From a virus: 64,000 bases of DNA. Below the pieces are notes generated by a model. That model ran no database searches. It saw only the letters and a program-made list of their open reading frames with translations, and had not been told where the DNA came from. The DNA lies in the IMG/VR virus record IMGVR_UViG_3300032235_000428, positions 38,461 through 102,460 of that record, one strand, 5' to 3'. Position numbers and translations under genes: made by a program. Shown in pieces: positions 47,135 to 54,508 of the stretch. The first letter of the stretch is position 1; every line of letters begins with the position of its first letter.

Positions 47135-47593
47135 TTAAGAATTTTTTATAAGTAAATTGTAATCTTCTTCTAGTATTTCTTTTAAATATTCATCATCCCA
47201 GTATTTGTAGTAGTCAGTTTCTAATAATTTTTTTCTAAATTTTGCCAACTTCTCTTTTGGTTGAGATAAAATTAAATTATATCTACCATTATTAGTCTGA
47301 ACACCATTGATATAAGTATTTCTCCCTGCAGTATCCTCAAAAAACTTATAGTCTTGATGTTGATTGTTATAAAAAGAAACCCATTCTAGTATTCTTTCTA
47401 ATGTTATATCTTCTTCTAATATAAAAATAGCGACATCATACCCAGGAACAGGTACAATATCGCTACATGAACATTCTTTTATGTAAGTTTTTGATTTGGA
47501 AGCAAAAGGACAGATTGAAAAGTTACCCAATTCGGGTCTTTGTTTTGAAACTTTCTTTATCCATTCTTTGATGTATGCTTCCTTATCACTCAT
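47135..47593 (-). CDS. Hypothetical protein with W..(x)n..CPFA motif (DUF1415-like)
   Basis: YIKEWIKKV...ICPFA. Confidence 0.65.
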   Translation of the reverse strand: MSDKEAYIKEWIKKVSKQRPELGNFSICPFASKSKTYIKECSCSDIVPVPGYDVAIFILEEDITLERILEWVSFYNNQHQDYKFFEDTAGRNTYINGVQTNNGRYNLILSQPKEKLAKFRKKLLETDYYKYWDDEYLKEILEEDYNLLIKNS

Positions 47594-47596
47594 ATA

Positions 47597-47752
47597 TTAC
47601 TTTCCTTGTCCCCTGTAAGGCTTACGAGCACCATTGCGAGACGAAGCGGCATATTTGGTCCCATTACCTTGTCCTTGTCGAGACTTTTTCGGTGGTCCAG
47701 GGCTATAAGTCTTTGCTTTATAAGAACCAGTAGATTTTGCTTTAGCAGCCAT
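47597..47752 (-). CDS. Small very basic protein (51 aa)
   Basis: Hand-translated MAAKAKSTGSYKAKTYSPGPPKKSRQGQGNGTKYAASSRNGARKPYRGQGK; start overlaps the upstream stop. Confidence 0.75.
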   Translation of the reverse strand: MAAKAKSTGSYKAKTYSPGPPKKSRQGQGNGTKYAASSRNGARKPYRGQGK

Positions 47753-47904
47753 CAGTCAATTTCCTCCATTTGTATATCGTCTGGGTTAATCTTTTCGTTA
47801 TTGTAATACTTTAATGCCAGTTCATGAAGGGCATCAGCGGTTTCGTCATAATTTAAATTATCACGAAAAACTTCACCCTTATAAGTAACTCTAAACCTTT
47901 TCAT
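47752..47904 (-). CDS. Hypothetical protein (50 aa)
   Basis: MKRFRVTYKGEVFRDNL...; TGATG stop/start coupling on both sides. Confidence 0.65.
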   Translation of the reverse strand: MKRFRVTYKGEVFRDNLNYDETADALHELALKYYNNEKINPDDIQMEEID

Positions 47905-48671
47905 CAGATAACGCGAGTTTTTTCGTGACCAACTCTGATACGAGGATCGCACCAGGTTTCCATACCTGCCTCTTTTGCATCGAGACAGAACGAAACGTCT
48001 TCTCCGCACATATCTTGAACGTTACCAGATTCGAAGACTTGCATCTTAGGAGCAAACCATGGGTACTCTAGACGCTCAAAGACACCTTTGCGGATCATTA
48101 CCCAACCAAATCCAGTGTAATCCACTGTGAAGGGTTTACGACGCTTAGAGATGCTATCTACGGTCTCGTGGTTCATTACACCACCGTTTCTGCGGAAATC
48201 TTCTTCATCTAACCAGTGTGCAACGGAAGTGGTGTGACCATCTTCTGTAGCATACCATCCACAAGCGATTTCTTTTTCATCACCCTCTTCTGGAACTGCA
48301 AGATCGCACAGTTGCCAGAACTTTTCAGAGTTAAACACAATATCATTATCAATCCAGAGTTGATAATCATACTGAAGTTTTCCATCCCAAGGTACTTGAT
48401 TTGGACCACGAAGAACATTTGCACCTAAACACTTGCAACGTGCAAAGTTAACCATAGACGAGTAATCTTGAGAGATCTGAATGCTCATCTGGTTTTGTAC
48501 CATGTCAAAGCAAAGTTGTACAAAACTCTTGAGGAACGCATAAGAGCATCCACGACCAGGTAAGCAGAATACAATCGACTTACCTTTCATTCTTTCTTTA
48601 ATTGCATCATAGTCCCACTCTTCCTTCGGTTTCGTTGGAGCAGTGGCTTTAACAGTAAATCCTTTTGCCAT
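47904..48671 (-). CDS. Glycosyltransferase family 2-like (GT-A fold) protein
   Basis: NFARCK, YDYQLWIDNDIVF (DxD), TGFGWVMIRKGVFE, GEDVSFC, RVGHEK. Confidence 0.75.
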   Translation of the reverse strand: MAKGFTVKATAPTKPKEEWDYDAIKERMKGKSIVFCLPGRGCSYAFLKSFVQLCFDMVQNQMSIQISQDYSSMVNFARCKCLGANVLRGPNQVPWDGKLQYDYQLWIDNDIVFNSEKFWQLCDLAVPEEGDEKEIACGWYATEDGHTTSVAHWLDEEDFRRNGGVMNHETVDSISKRRKPFTVDYTGFGWVMIRKGVFERLEYPWFAPKMQVFESGNVQDMCGEDVSFCLDAKEAGMETWCDPRIRVGHEKTRVI

Positions 48672-48720
48672 AAGTTGAAATAACCTTCAATGTCAATTTT
48701 ATCGTTCTATTTAGCGTTTG

Positions 48721-48888
48721 TCAATAGGAAGCATTCTGAGAAATTTCGGGATTTTGCTCTAATTCTTCATACTCATATTCTTCTTTTTCCCCTGTGAGAT
48801 GATTCCACTTCACTCTGAATTCTTCCTCAGATAAGCATGGAGACACACACTGATTTGTTTTATCATAAATGTGATAAATTTTATCCAT
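48721..48888 (-). CDS. Hypothetical protein
   Basis: MDKIYHIYDK..C...LSEEEF...SY; internal ATG chosen. Confidence 0.65.
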   Translation of the reverse strand: MDKIYHIYDKTNQCVSPCLSEEEFRVKWNHLTGEKEEYEYEELEQNPEISQNASY

Positions 48889-48895
48889 AAACGTA

Positions 48896-49078
48896 TCATC
48901 TACTACTAACAACATTATATATCATCGCTAGTAAAAATCCAAGGGGTAGAAAAACGATCTTTGGATATCGGATAACCCACCCTGCTAAAACTACTCTCCA
49001 AAAATTCCAATAAGGTCTTGGACGACCCTTATAACCATAAGCAGAGACGTTCATAGAGGAACTCGAAAAATTTTTCAT
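48896..49078 (-). CDS. Small membrane protein
   Basis: PYWNFWRVVLAGWVIRYPK followed by a hydrophobic helix; start uncertain. Confidence 0.6.
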   Translation of the reverse strand: MKNFSSSSMNVSAYGYKGRPRPYWNFWRVVLAGWVIRYPKIVFLPLGFLLAMIYNVVSSR

Positions 49079-49400
49079 AAACGTTTAAAAACAAAATCCT
49101 AGTAGTTTCTCGGAGACATATCCAAATGTAGTATACCTCATCTATGGGAGTTATGGTAGTCCCATAGCGATTATAGTACAGAAACCTTATGGGAGCAAAA
49201 ATTTTCTGGGGAAATTTTTTTATGAACATGGAATCACTCACTCGAATTGTCACCTCTGTAGGTTAGGGTAGTTAGGCATTTTAGCTAAGGGGGGCATCAC
49301 GCCCGCCGCCATCACGATACCGTTATACCGTATAACTGCTGTTCGCCACGCACGAATAGGGGTGCTAAGTATAAAGAACTCAGCACCCGCTAAGTGTTAA

Positions 49401-49571
49401 TCAGGGCAGACAACCGCTGGCGTCAAGCATACCAATGCTGAGAACATTGTTATACAAACCAACGTAAAACCTGCCGATTGATAACCCAAACTGTTCATCA
49501 TCTTTGCCCGCCTTAGTATCAACACCAAGGTAGAAGAATTCGATGAATTTGTGAGAAGTTGCGAATTTCAT
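49401..49571 (-). CDS. Hypothetical early protein (56 aa)
   Basis: Hand-translated MKFATSHKFIEFFYLGVD... Confidence 0.55.
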   Translation of the reverse strand: MKFATSHKFIEFFYLGVDTKAGKDDEQFGLSIGRFYVGLYNNVLSIGMLDASGCLP

Positions 49572-49596
49572 TGTTGTGGTGATGATGTTAACGAAG

Positions 49597-49615
49597 GGGG
49601 GAGATTGTCTCCCCC
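49597..49615 (-). terminator. GC hairpin, probable intrinsic terminator
   Basis: GGGGGAGA-TTG-TCTCCCCC just after the stop of 49623-49862. Confidence 0.55.
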
Positions 49616-49622
49616 GTTGTGA

Positions 49623-49862
49623 TCACATAGCGTCGTTGAATGCCCTCTCTTTAATGTACTCTAGAAGTGTATCCCATCGGCGGAGATCTGCCGATTGTAG
49701 TTTACCTTCCTGACACATGTAGCGATCGGATTCAATCAACGCATCACACATTAACTTAAGTTCGCGGGGGGAAACTTTCAGGTTAACGGTGCCATCATTG
49801 ATGAAATCATAGTGGGGGATTTCATCAATCTGCTGGCGGTCGGTGAAAGCGTAGGCGGTCAT
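49623..49862 (-). CDS. Hypothetical early protein
   Basis: ORF preceded by the repeated promoter/leader cassette. Confidence 0.65.
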   Translation of the reverse strand: MTAYAFTDRQQIDEIPHYDFINDGTVNLKVSPRELKLMCDALIESDRYMCQEGKLQSADLRRWDTLLEYIKERAFNDAM

Positions 49863-49864
49863 TT

Positions 49865-49902
49865 GGGGTGTCCCGTGTTGACTTTTAAATTCTACAGGGT
49901 GG
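49865..49902 (-). repeat. 38-bp promoter/leader cassette, copy 1 (-10 TAGAAT at 49889-49894)
   Basis: Identical to 50847-50884; a diverged copy lies near 53676-53706. Confidence 0.85.
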
Positions 49903-49934
49903 GGGCACCCTATCGCGCCCCCGTTAACAATTGT

Positions 49935-50198
49935 TCACACTCCAGAGAGGGCAGCGATGATACGATCCCGCTTGCGAATCTGATTAGTACGAATGAACCA
50001 CACGTCCCGCTTGCCTGTGGCATCGTTGCGGGTTGCGTCTAGAACGCCTGCAGTCTCAAGATCAACCATGAGGGCGTGAATCGTGCCCTTATGGCGGCGA
50101 GGATCCAAACCCATAGCCCGCACCAAGTCGCTGCAGGTCTGGGGGCCGTTCTGAATCAGGTGGGAGCGGACGGAAGCGCGGATGATGGATGCGAGCAT
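49935..50198 (-). CDS. Winged-helix DNA-binding protein
   Basis: VRSHLIQNGPQTCSDLVRAMGL...TIHALMVDLETAGVL...VWFI helix-turn-helix-wing pattern. Confidence 0.65.
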   Translation of the reverse strand: MLASIIRASVRSHLIQNGPQTCSDLVRAMGLDPRRHKGTIHALMVDLETAGVLDATRNDATGKRDVWFIRTNQIRKRDRIIAALSGV

Positions 50199-50260
50199 GA
50201 TCTTAGAAAGGTGAGGCGGGATCTCTGTCCCGCTTGAATGTATCCTAGACGGTCGGGGGG

Positions 50261-50428
50261 TCAGACCGTGATCAGATCGGGCGTTTCGTTACAATCCGAA
50301 ATAGTATAAACATCTAGCAGCAATTGCATCATTTCATCAGTAGTTAGAATTGTGCAATTCTTTTCAACCAACTCAGCGATTCTTTCAGCGGGAAGTTTAA
50401 ACCGAAGGCGGGAAGGATAGTGAGTCAT
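50261..50428 (-). CDS. Hypothetical protein (55 aa)
   Basis: Hand-translated MTHYPSRLRFKLPAE...; coupled to the upstream ORF. Confidence 0.45.
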   Translation of the reverse strand: MTHYPSRLRFKLPAERIAELVEKNCTILTTDEMMQLLLDVYTISDCNETPDLITV

Positions 50429-50592
50429 TTGTTGGAATTGTTGGTGTTGAAAGTAACAACCTCAGCAGGAGATCCACAGGATTTGTAGAATTCCACCATA
50501 CGGTTTGCCTCATCAATTGTGGGGAAAGTTTGCGTCCGCCACTCACACTGATTGTAGGGAGTTTGGAAGCGGATAGTGATTCCGAGTGCCAT
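50425..50592 (-). CDS. Small early protein (55 aa)
   Basis: MALGITIRFQTPYNQCEWRTQTFPTIDEANRMVEFYKSCGSPAE. Confidence 0.65.
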   Translation of the reverse strand: MALGITIRFQTPYNQCEWRTQTFPTIDEANRMVEFYKSCGSPAEVVTFNTNNSNK

Positions 50593-50620
50593 GATGTTAG
50601 GGTGTTGGTGGTGAAGAATT

Positions 50621-50639
50621 GGGGGAGTTTTTCTCCCCC
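50621..50639 (-). terminator. GC hairpin, probable terminator
   Basis: GGGGGAG-TTTTT-CTCCCCC after the stop of 50651-50845. Confidence 0.5.
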
Positions 50640-50650
50640 TTAAGTGTTAA

Positions 50651-50845
50651 TCAGAACAGCAGATCTGCGATCCCTTGAATCACATCACCATACTCTCCCA
50701 CAATGTTACCCGCACCGTCGCGGATGTAAGCGTAGGAGTCACTTTCCTGATGCATCGAAAAACAGAGATCAGTGGCACGATCATAGTCGGTCACAGTCTC
50801 ACCCTCACCAAGGGCAGGGCAGGCAACGTAGAAGGTGTTGATCAT
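50651..50845 (-). CDS. Hypothetical early protein
   Basis: ORF directly after promoter cassette copy 2. Confidence 0.65.
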   Translation of the reverse strand: MINTFYVACPALGEGETVTDYDRATDLCFSMHQESDSYAYIRDGAGNIVGEYGDVIQGIADLLF

Positions 50846-50846
50846 G

Positions 50847-50884
50847 GGGGTGTCCCGTGTTGACTTTTAAATTCTACAGGGTGG
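50847..50884 (-). repeat. 38-bp promoter/leader cassette, copy 2 (-10 TAGAAT at 50871-50876)
   Basis: Identical to 49865-49902. Confidence 0.85.
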
Positions 50885-50917
50885 AAGGGCAGCACCCGCT
50901 GCCCCTGTTACAAAGGT

Positions 50918-51532
50918 TCACACTAGACCTTTGTGTATCCTACGATACGCGACCCATGTGATCGCTTGCACTTGTGCCGCTGAATGATAAGATCCCGACA
51001 CCTTTGAGATAATTTTAGCGGCGTCACGGTAGGAGTCTTGAATGTGCTGGAAAGTTTTAATACTTAAAGTGGGCACCTCTTTAAGATTAGAAACTGTGCC
51101 GTTCCAGATGTTGTAAGCATGTCCATCAATGCAGGGGGTGTCGCTATCACCATCCGATGCAATGCAAAGGAAGAATGCAATAGTTTTGTTGCCACGCAAA
51201 ACTTTAACAATCTGATCGCGATTCAGTTGGCAATCGAGAATAGTTGCCGCTTTGTCTTTGTTGTTAGAATAGGTGGAGACTTTCACCTGAGAATAATCAA
51301 TCTCCGCTGCCCATGCTCTCAGCATTGTTTCAGCATCGATGATGTTAGATTCCCATTTGTTGTTAGGTGAAAGTGCAGCGATGATGCCTGCCACGATGTC
51401 AGAATGCACACCGTACTTTTCACCTAAAGTATAACAAACCTGGAAGGCATTGTTGTACCATTGCAGACCTACCTGCCGATCGTAGGCATTGCTCTGGAAG
51501 TAGGTTGCCAGGATGGAATCGGTGTGTGCCAT
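50918..51532 (-). CDS. Conserved phage protein, possibly HhH-GPD glycosylase-like fold
   Basis: GLQWY...IIAALSPNNKWESN...KTIAFF.CI...CIDGHA...QVQAITW motif set seen in phage early proteins; function inferred. Confidence 0.55.
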   Translation of the reverse strand: MAHTDSILATYFQSNAYDRQVGLQWYNNAFQVCYTLGEKYGVHSDIVAGIIAALSPNNKWESNIIDAETMLRAWAAEIDYSQVKVSTYSNNKDKAATILDCQLNRDQIVKVLRGNKTIAFFLCIASDGDSDTPCIDGHAYNIWNGTVSNLKEVPTLSIKTFQHIQDSYRDAAKIISKVSGSYHSAAQVQAITWVAYRRIHKGLV

Positions 51533-51640
51533 GGGGTTGGTTGGCGATGTGCAAATCCTACAGCATCGTGGGCACCCTGCAACGGGTTTTATGATCAGTC
51601 TCGCTTATGGGTCTCATCAAAAATACTTATGAGCCAGGTC

Positions 51641-51669
51641 TTGACTTTTAGGGGCACTGCCCCTAACCT
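51641..51669 (+). promoter_or_regulatory. Sigma70-type promoter on the + (antisense) strand
   Basis: TTGACT-17 nt-TAACCT. Confidence 0.5.
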
Positions 51670-51710
51670 AGAGGGCGGGAGGGGAGGGAAGCATAGATTA
51701 CTTAAGTATA

Positions 51711-51733
51711 AAAAAACCCCGCTAGTTGCGGGG
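51711..51733 (-). terminator. Intrinsic terminator
   Basis: CCCCGC-TAGTT-GCGGGG hairpin followed by a T-run on the minus strand. Confidence 0.75.
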
Positions 51734-51745
51734 TGTGGTATAATC

Positions 51746-51949
51746 TTAGAACTCTACGATCCAGTCTGGATCTTTGTTAAGATTTACCCAGAAATGGTTT
51801 TTACCATTTACACTGGTGAGAAAAACTTTATCACCTTTGTGTTGCTCTATGATACATTCATCAATTCCATCCATCATGTTAGCAAATCGGTTCTTTGCTT
51901 TCTTAGATACAGGCGTGACGAATGCGGTTTCCATAGTATCAGAAATCAA
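51746..51949 (-). CDS. Small early protein
   Basis: VTPVSKKAKNRFANMM...FWVNLNKDPDW. Confidence 0.7.
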   Translation of the reverse strand: MISDTMETAFVTPVSKKAKNRFANMMDGIDECIIEQHKGDKVFLTSVNGKNHFWVNLNKDPDWIVEF

Positions 51950-52070
51950 TGAGTTCTAGAGTAGGTTCACCAGCATCATCGCTGCTAGTGATAGTTTCAA
52001 GAATTTGCAGGATTTCTTCGCCAGTTTGACCTTTGCGAAGCATCGAAAGCATGAGCGAACGGTTTTCCAT
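51939..52070 (-). CDS. Small hypothetical protein (43 aa)
   Basis: MENRSLMLSMLRKGQTGEEILQILETI; internal ATG chosen. Confidence 0.6.
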   Translation of the reverse strand: MENRSLMLSMLRKGQTGEEILQILETITSSDDAGEPTLELIDF

Positions 52071-52108
52071 GATAAAGAAAAGAATTTCACGTAATGGTTT
52101 GTGTGTGT

Positions 52109-52166
52109 ATCTCGTCGAGATTTTATGTATATCTCGACTAGATTTAATTGATACTCTAGTCGAGAT
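52109..52166. repeat. Three copies of the 13-bp near-palindrome ATCT(A/C)GTCGAGAT
   Basis: Copies at 52109, 52131 (inverted) and 52154. Confidence 0.85.
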
Positions 52167-52377
52167 CAATCATAATCGAAATCAGTTGAACTTTCTGAAT
52201 AATCATCATACTGTTCAACTTGGTTTAGCATTTGCCTTGCCTCAGGGGAAAGTTCCTCATAAGGTTGGCATTCATCAACTAGATCAAAGGGGGAAAAGTC
52301 TTCGGTTTCGAAAAATTCCATGGTTCTTTGTGTTGATTGTGAAGGGGAGGGGTTGCCTCCTCCCCCGTATTGTACTA

Positions 52378-52605
52378 TCAGGCGGCAGTCACTGCAAGCA
52401 GTTGCTCAGTCTTGATAGCATTGTTTACAAAACGACCCACGGATTGTTGCTGAGAGATGACGCTGCTCAGTTGAGTCACAAACTGCTCAACATCTTGCAC
52501 ACCGTAGGTATAATCACGACCACCGTTGAAGGTGATGGTCACTTTACCATCTTGCACATCAGAGATGTTTTCGATGGCGCTGGAAGTAAAAGTGAACTGA
52601 GACAT
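52378..52605 (-). CDS. KTSC-domain-like protein
   Basis: TSSAIENI...ITFNGGRDYTY.V...SVGRFVN. Confidence 0.65.
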   Translation of the reverse strand: MSQFTFTSSAIENISDVQDGKVTITFNGGRDYTYGVQDVEQFVTQLSSVISQQQSVGRFVNNAIKTEQLLAVTAA

Positions 52606-52678
52606 AATGAATTCAAAAATGAATAAGTGGAAAGTGAAGTGTTTTGAGCGGGATGCTTCACCCCCGCTTGTTGTTCTT

Positions 52679-52723
52679 AGATTAAGCGATCTCTGGCAGC
52701 ATGTCAAGTGGTATGTGCCAGTT
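52679..52723 (-). promoter_or_regulatory. Early promoter TTGACA-17-TAATCT with upstream AACTGGCACA box
   Basis: -10 at 52679-52684, -35 at 52702-52707, box at 52714-52723. Confidence 0.7.
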
Positions 52724-52812
52724 GTAAAAGTGGTTAGGATGGGAAGCACTCAGTAGAGTTTTATGGTATCAATGACAATCAAGATACCAACCATCCTGTA
52801 ATAATTTATACT

Positions 52813-52995
52813 TTAGGCATTTTCTAGAAGTTCAGGGTTATACTCCTTCACTTCGTTAATCAATTCCTCATCAGTATAAGATGCAAGATTGTCCTGCAAA
52901 GTTTCATAAACAAAGCATTCCATTGTCTTCATGTCCATTGAATCTAGGATCTGCTGAGCATAATCAGCAATCAGAGAATCACGATCAATTTGCAT
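52813..52995 (-). CDS. Small acidic early protein
   Basis: DYAQQILDSMDMKTM...YTDEELINEVKEYNPELLE. Confidence 0.7.
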   Translation of the reverse strand: MQIDRDSLIADYAQQILDSMDMKTMECFVYETLQDNLASYTDEELINEVKEYNPELLENA

Positions 52996-53125
52996 TAGGA
53001 ACCTCTTGGATTACTTCAGTTACAGTGATGATTTGTTTGTCTTCGTTGATGTAATTAGTTTGGATCATGTTAGGTCCAACTTGAACCTGACCGATCATGT
53101 AAGCAGCAGCAAGAAGTTCAAACAT
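52985..53125 (-). CDS. Hypothetical protein (46 aa)
   Basis: Hand-translated MFELLAAYMIGQVQVGPN... Confidence 0.5.
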   Translation of the reverse strand: MFELLAAAYMIGQVQVGPNMIQTNYINEDKQIITVTEVIQEVPNAN

Positions 53126-53128
53126 GAT

Positions 53129-53269
53129 TCAATAATGATGACGGGACATTACAGAGTTGGGATCATTGTACCAATCAGAATCCTCATAATCTTTGTATTC
53201 AGATTCTTTATAATCTTCCTCTGCCATGTTGGGCATAGGAACATCATCGATCCAGATCATTTCAGGCAT
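53129..53269 (-). CDS. Hypothetical protein (46 aa)
   Basis: MPEMIWIDD...WYNDPNSVMSRHHY after a promoter cassette. Confidence 0.55.
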   Translation of the reverse strand: MPEMIWIDDVPMPNMAEEDYKESEYKDYEDSDWYNDPNSVMSRHHY

Positions 53270-53339
53270 TGGTGGTTCAGTGGTGAACGAAGTAATCTTA
53301 GAGGATGGTGGGGAGCATTGCTGCCCCCCTTGTGCCAGT

Positions 53340-53519
53340 TTAGATGGCGGATTTTTGATTGCGTGACCACAGAGCAAGTCGCATGGTGCTAGCTTTGCGG
53401 GCAGCAGTTTCTTTGCGACCGTTTGCAATTGCAATATTGATCAATACTTTGCGATCAATACGCTTCACCTTTGCACTCAGAATGTCGCGGGAAAGTTGCA
53501 AAATTTCTTGGTGTTTCAT
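53340..53519 (-). CDS. Basic hypothetical protein (59 aa)
   Basis: Hand-translated MKHQEILQLSRDILSAKVKRIDRK... Confidence 0.55.
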   Translation of the reverse strand: MKHQEILQLSRDILSAKVKRIDRKVLINIAIANGRKETAARKASTMRLALWSRNQKSAI

Positions 53520-53543
53520 GATGGGTGGTTCAGTGGTGAACTA

Positions 53544-53675
53544 TCAAATCATACCACGGCGACCGAGATCTGCCCATACATGGGACGGTGCTGCAGCTGG
53601 CACACCAGTGGCGGTGTTGTTCTTCACCCACACCAGTTGGCGGGTGGCGATGTCAGAGGCGCAAACCAAAGTCAT
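53544..53675 (-). CDS. Hypothetical protein (43 aa)
   Basis: MTLVCASDIATRQLVWV...; follows the third promoter/leader copy. Confidence 0.5.
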   Translation of the reverse strand: MTLVCASDIATRQLVWVKNNTATGVPAAAPSHVWADLGRRGMI

Positions 53676-53745
53676 GGGGATCTCCCGTGTTGACCCTCAA
53701 ATCATACCACACCCTCAGCGGCATCTGTGGCATGTTACAAAACAT

Positions 53746-53775
53746 AAAAAAAGACCTGGGCACCACCCCAGGTCT
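53746..53775 (-). terminator. Intrinsic terminator
   Basis: AGACCTGGG-CACCAC-CCCAGGTCT 9-bp stem plus a T-run on the minus strand. Confidence 0.75.
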
Positions 53776-53858
53776 GTTAACCCTATTCTCTATCTCACTA
53801 TGAACCAAGGAATATGAACGCAAACAGTGTAACTTTTAGGGCAAACACCTTCCCCTTA

Positions 53859-53999
53859 TCACATAAACTCTGCCATATAATAGTCTACTGTGATCTCAAG
53901 TTTAGATGCTTCTTCCTCCATTGCAAGCATAAATGCATTGTCAATATCCAAATCGTCGTTATCATGAGAGCAGAACATATCAAGCGTGGATTCGTGCAT
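53859..53999 (-). CDS. Small acidic protein (46 aa)
   Basis: MHESTLDMF...EEEASKLEITVDYYMAEFM. Confidence 0.55.
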   Translation of the reverse strand: MHESTLDMFCSHDNDDLDIDNAFMLAMEEEASKLEITVDYYMAEFM

Positions 54000-54059
54000 G
54001 AGTGCCTCTAGAAGGAGAGTTTGGACCTCTTATGGTACATTATACCATTGAAGAGGTAA

Positions 54060-54143
54060 TAGGGCGAGGGAGACTTGAACTCCCACGGGCATAAGCCCAA
54101 CAGATTTTAAGTCTGGTGTGTCTACCGATTCCACCACCGCCCC
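54060..54143 (-). tRNA. tRNA-Leu(UAA), intronless, CCA not encoded
   Basis: GGGGCGG/TCGCCCT acceptor stem, D-loop TGGAATCGGTAGAC, anticodon loop CTTAAAA, long variable arm, GTTCAAGTC T-loop. Confidence 0.95.
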
Positions 54144-54156
54144 GTGGTATGATCAT

Positions 54157-54185
54157 ATTATAGCATATGATCGAGATGATGTCAC
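54157..54185 (-). promoter_or_regulatory. Sigma70-type promoter of the tRNA
   Basis: GTGACA-17-TATAAT with extended TGc. Confidence 0.7.
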
Positions 54186-54233
54186 GTATCTAGTCGAGAT
54201 TGATTTGATACGTGACGCGCATCTAGTCGAGAT
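54165..54233. repeat. 13-bp near-palindrome copies around the tRNA promoter
   Basis: ATCTAGTCGAGAT at 54188 and 54221, partial copy at 54165. Confidence 0.8.
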
Positions 54234-54444
54234 CTGTGTATGGTTTCATACCAATTCGATCTGCGACACACATAATCAGTTCTCCTAGAACTTCATCATC
54301 AACTTCACCAAGTTTATCGGTGATAATTCCACCAATGTTAGTATGGAGGAAATCTAACCATGCACCAGTCTCAACAAGTTCTTCAGCAACTTCTTCAACG
54401 AGTGCAGCAGCAATTCTGTTGATTGAATTGTTTGAGAGTGCCAT
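54223..54444 (-). CDS. Small acidic early protein
   Basis: MALSNNSINRIAAALVEEV...; upstream -10 TATACT and TGTGACAGTT box. Confidence 0.7.
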   Translation of the reverse strand: MALSNNSINRIAAALVEEVAEELVETGAWLDFLHTNIGGIITDKLGEVDDEVLGELIMCVADRIGMKPYTDLD

Positions 54445-54508
54445 GTGTTTGTTTGAACTGAATGAAGTATAAGGCAGTTTAGCGTCTTGCCTAGGACCAG
54501 TGTGACAG

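Noticed and set aside
50288-50305. Fourth HLR1-like site (GTTACAAT) upstream of the wHTH gene
   Set aside because: Only one half-site, 41 nt from the -10 and inside an ORF; too weak.
52033-53817. Long + strand ORFs (197, 128, 152 aa) in the early region
   Set aside because: Antisense to better-supported small minus-strand genes that have promoters and leaders.
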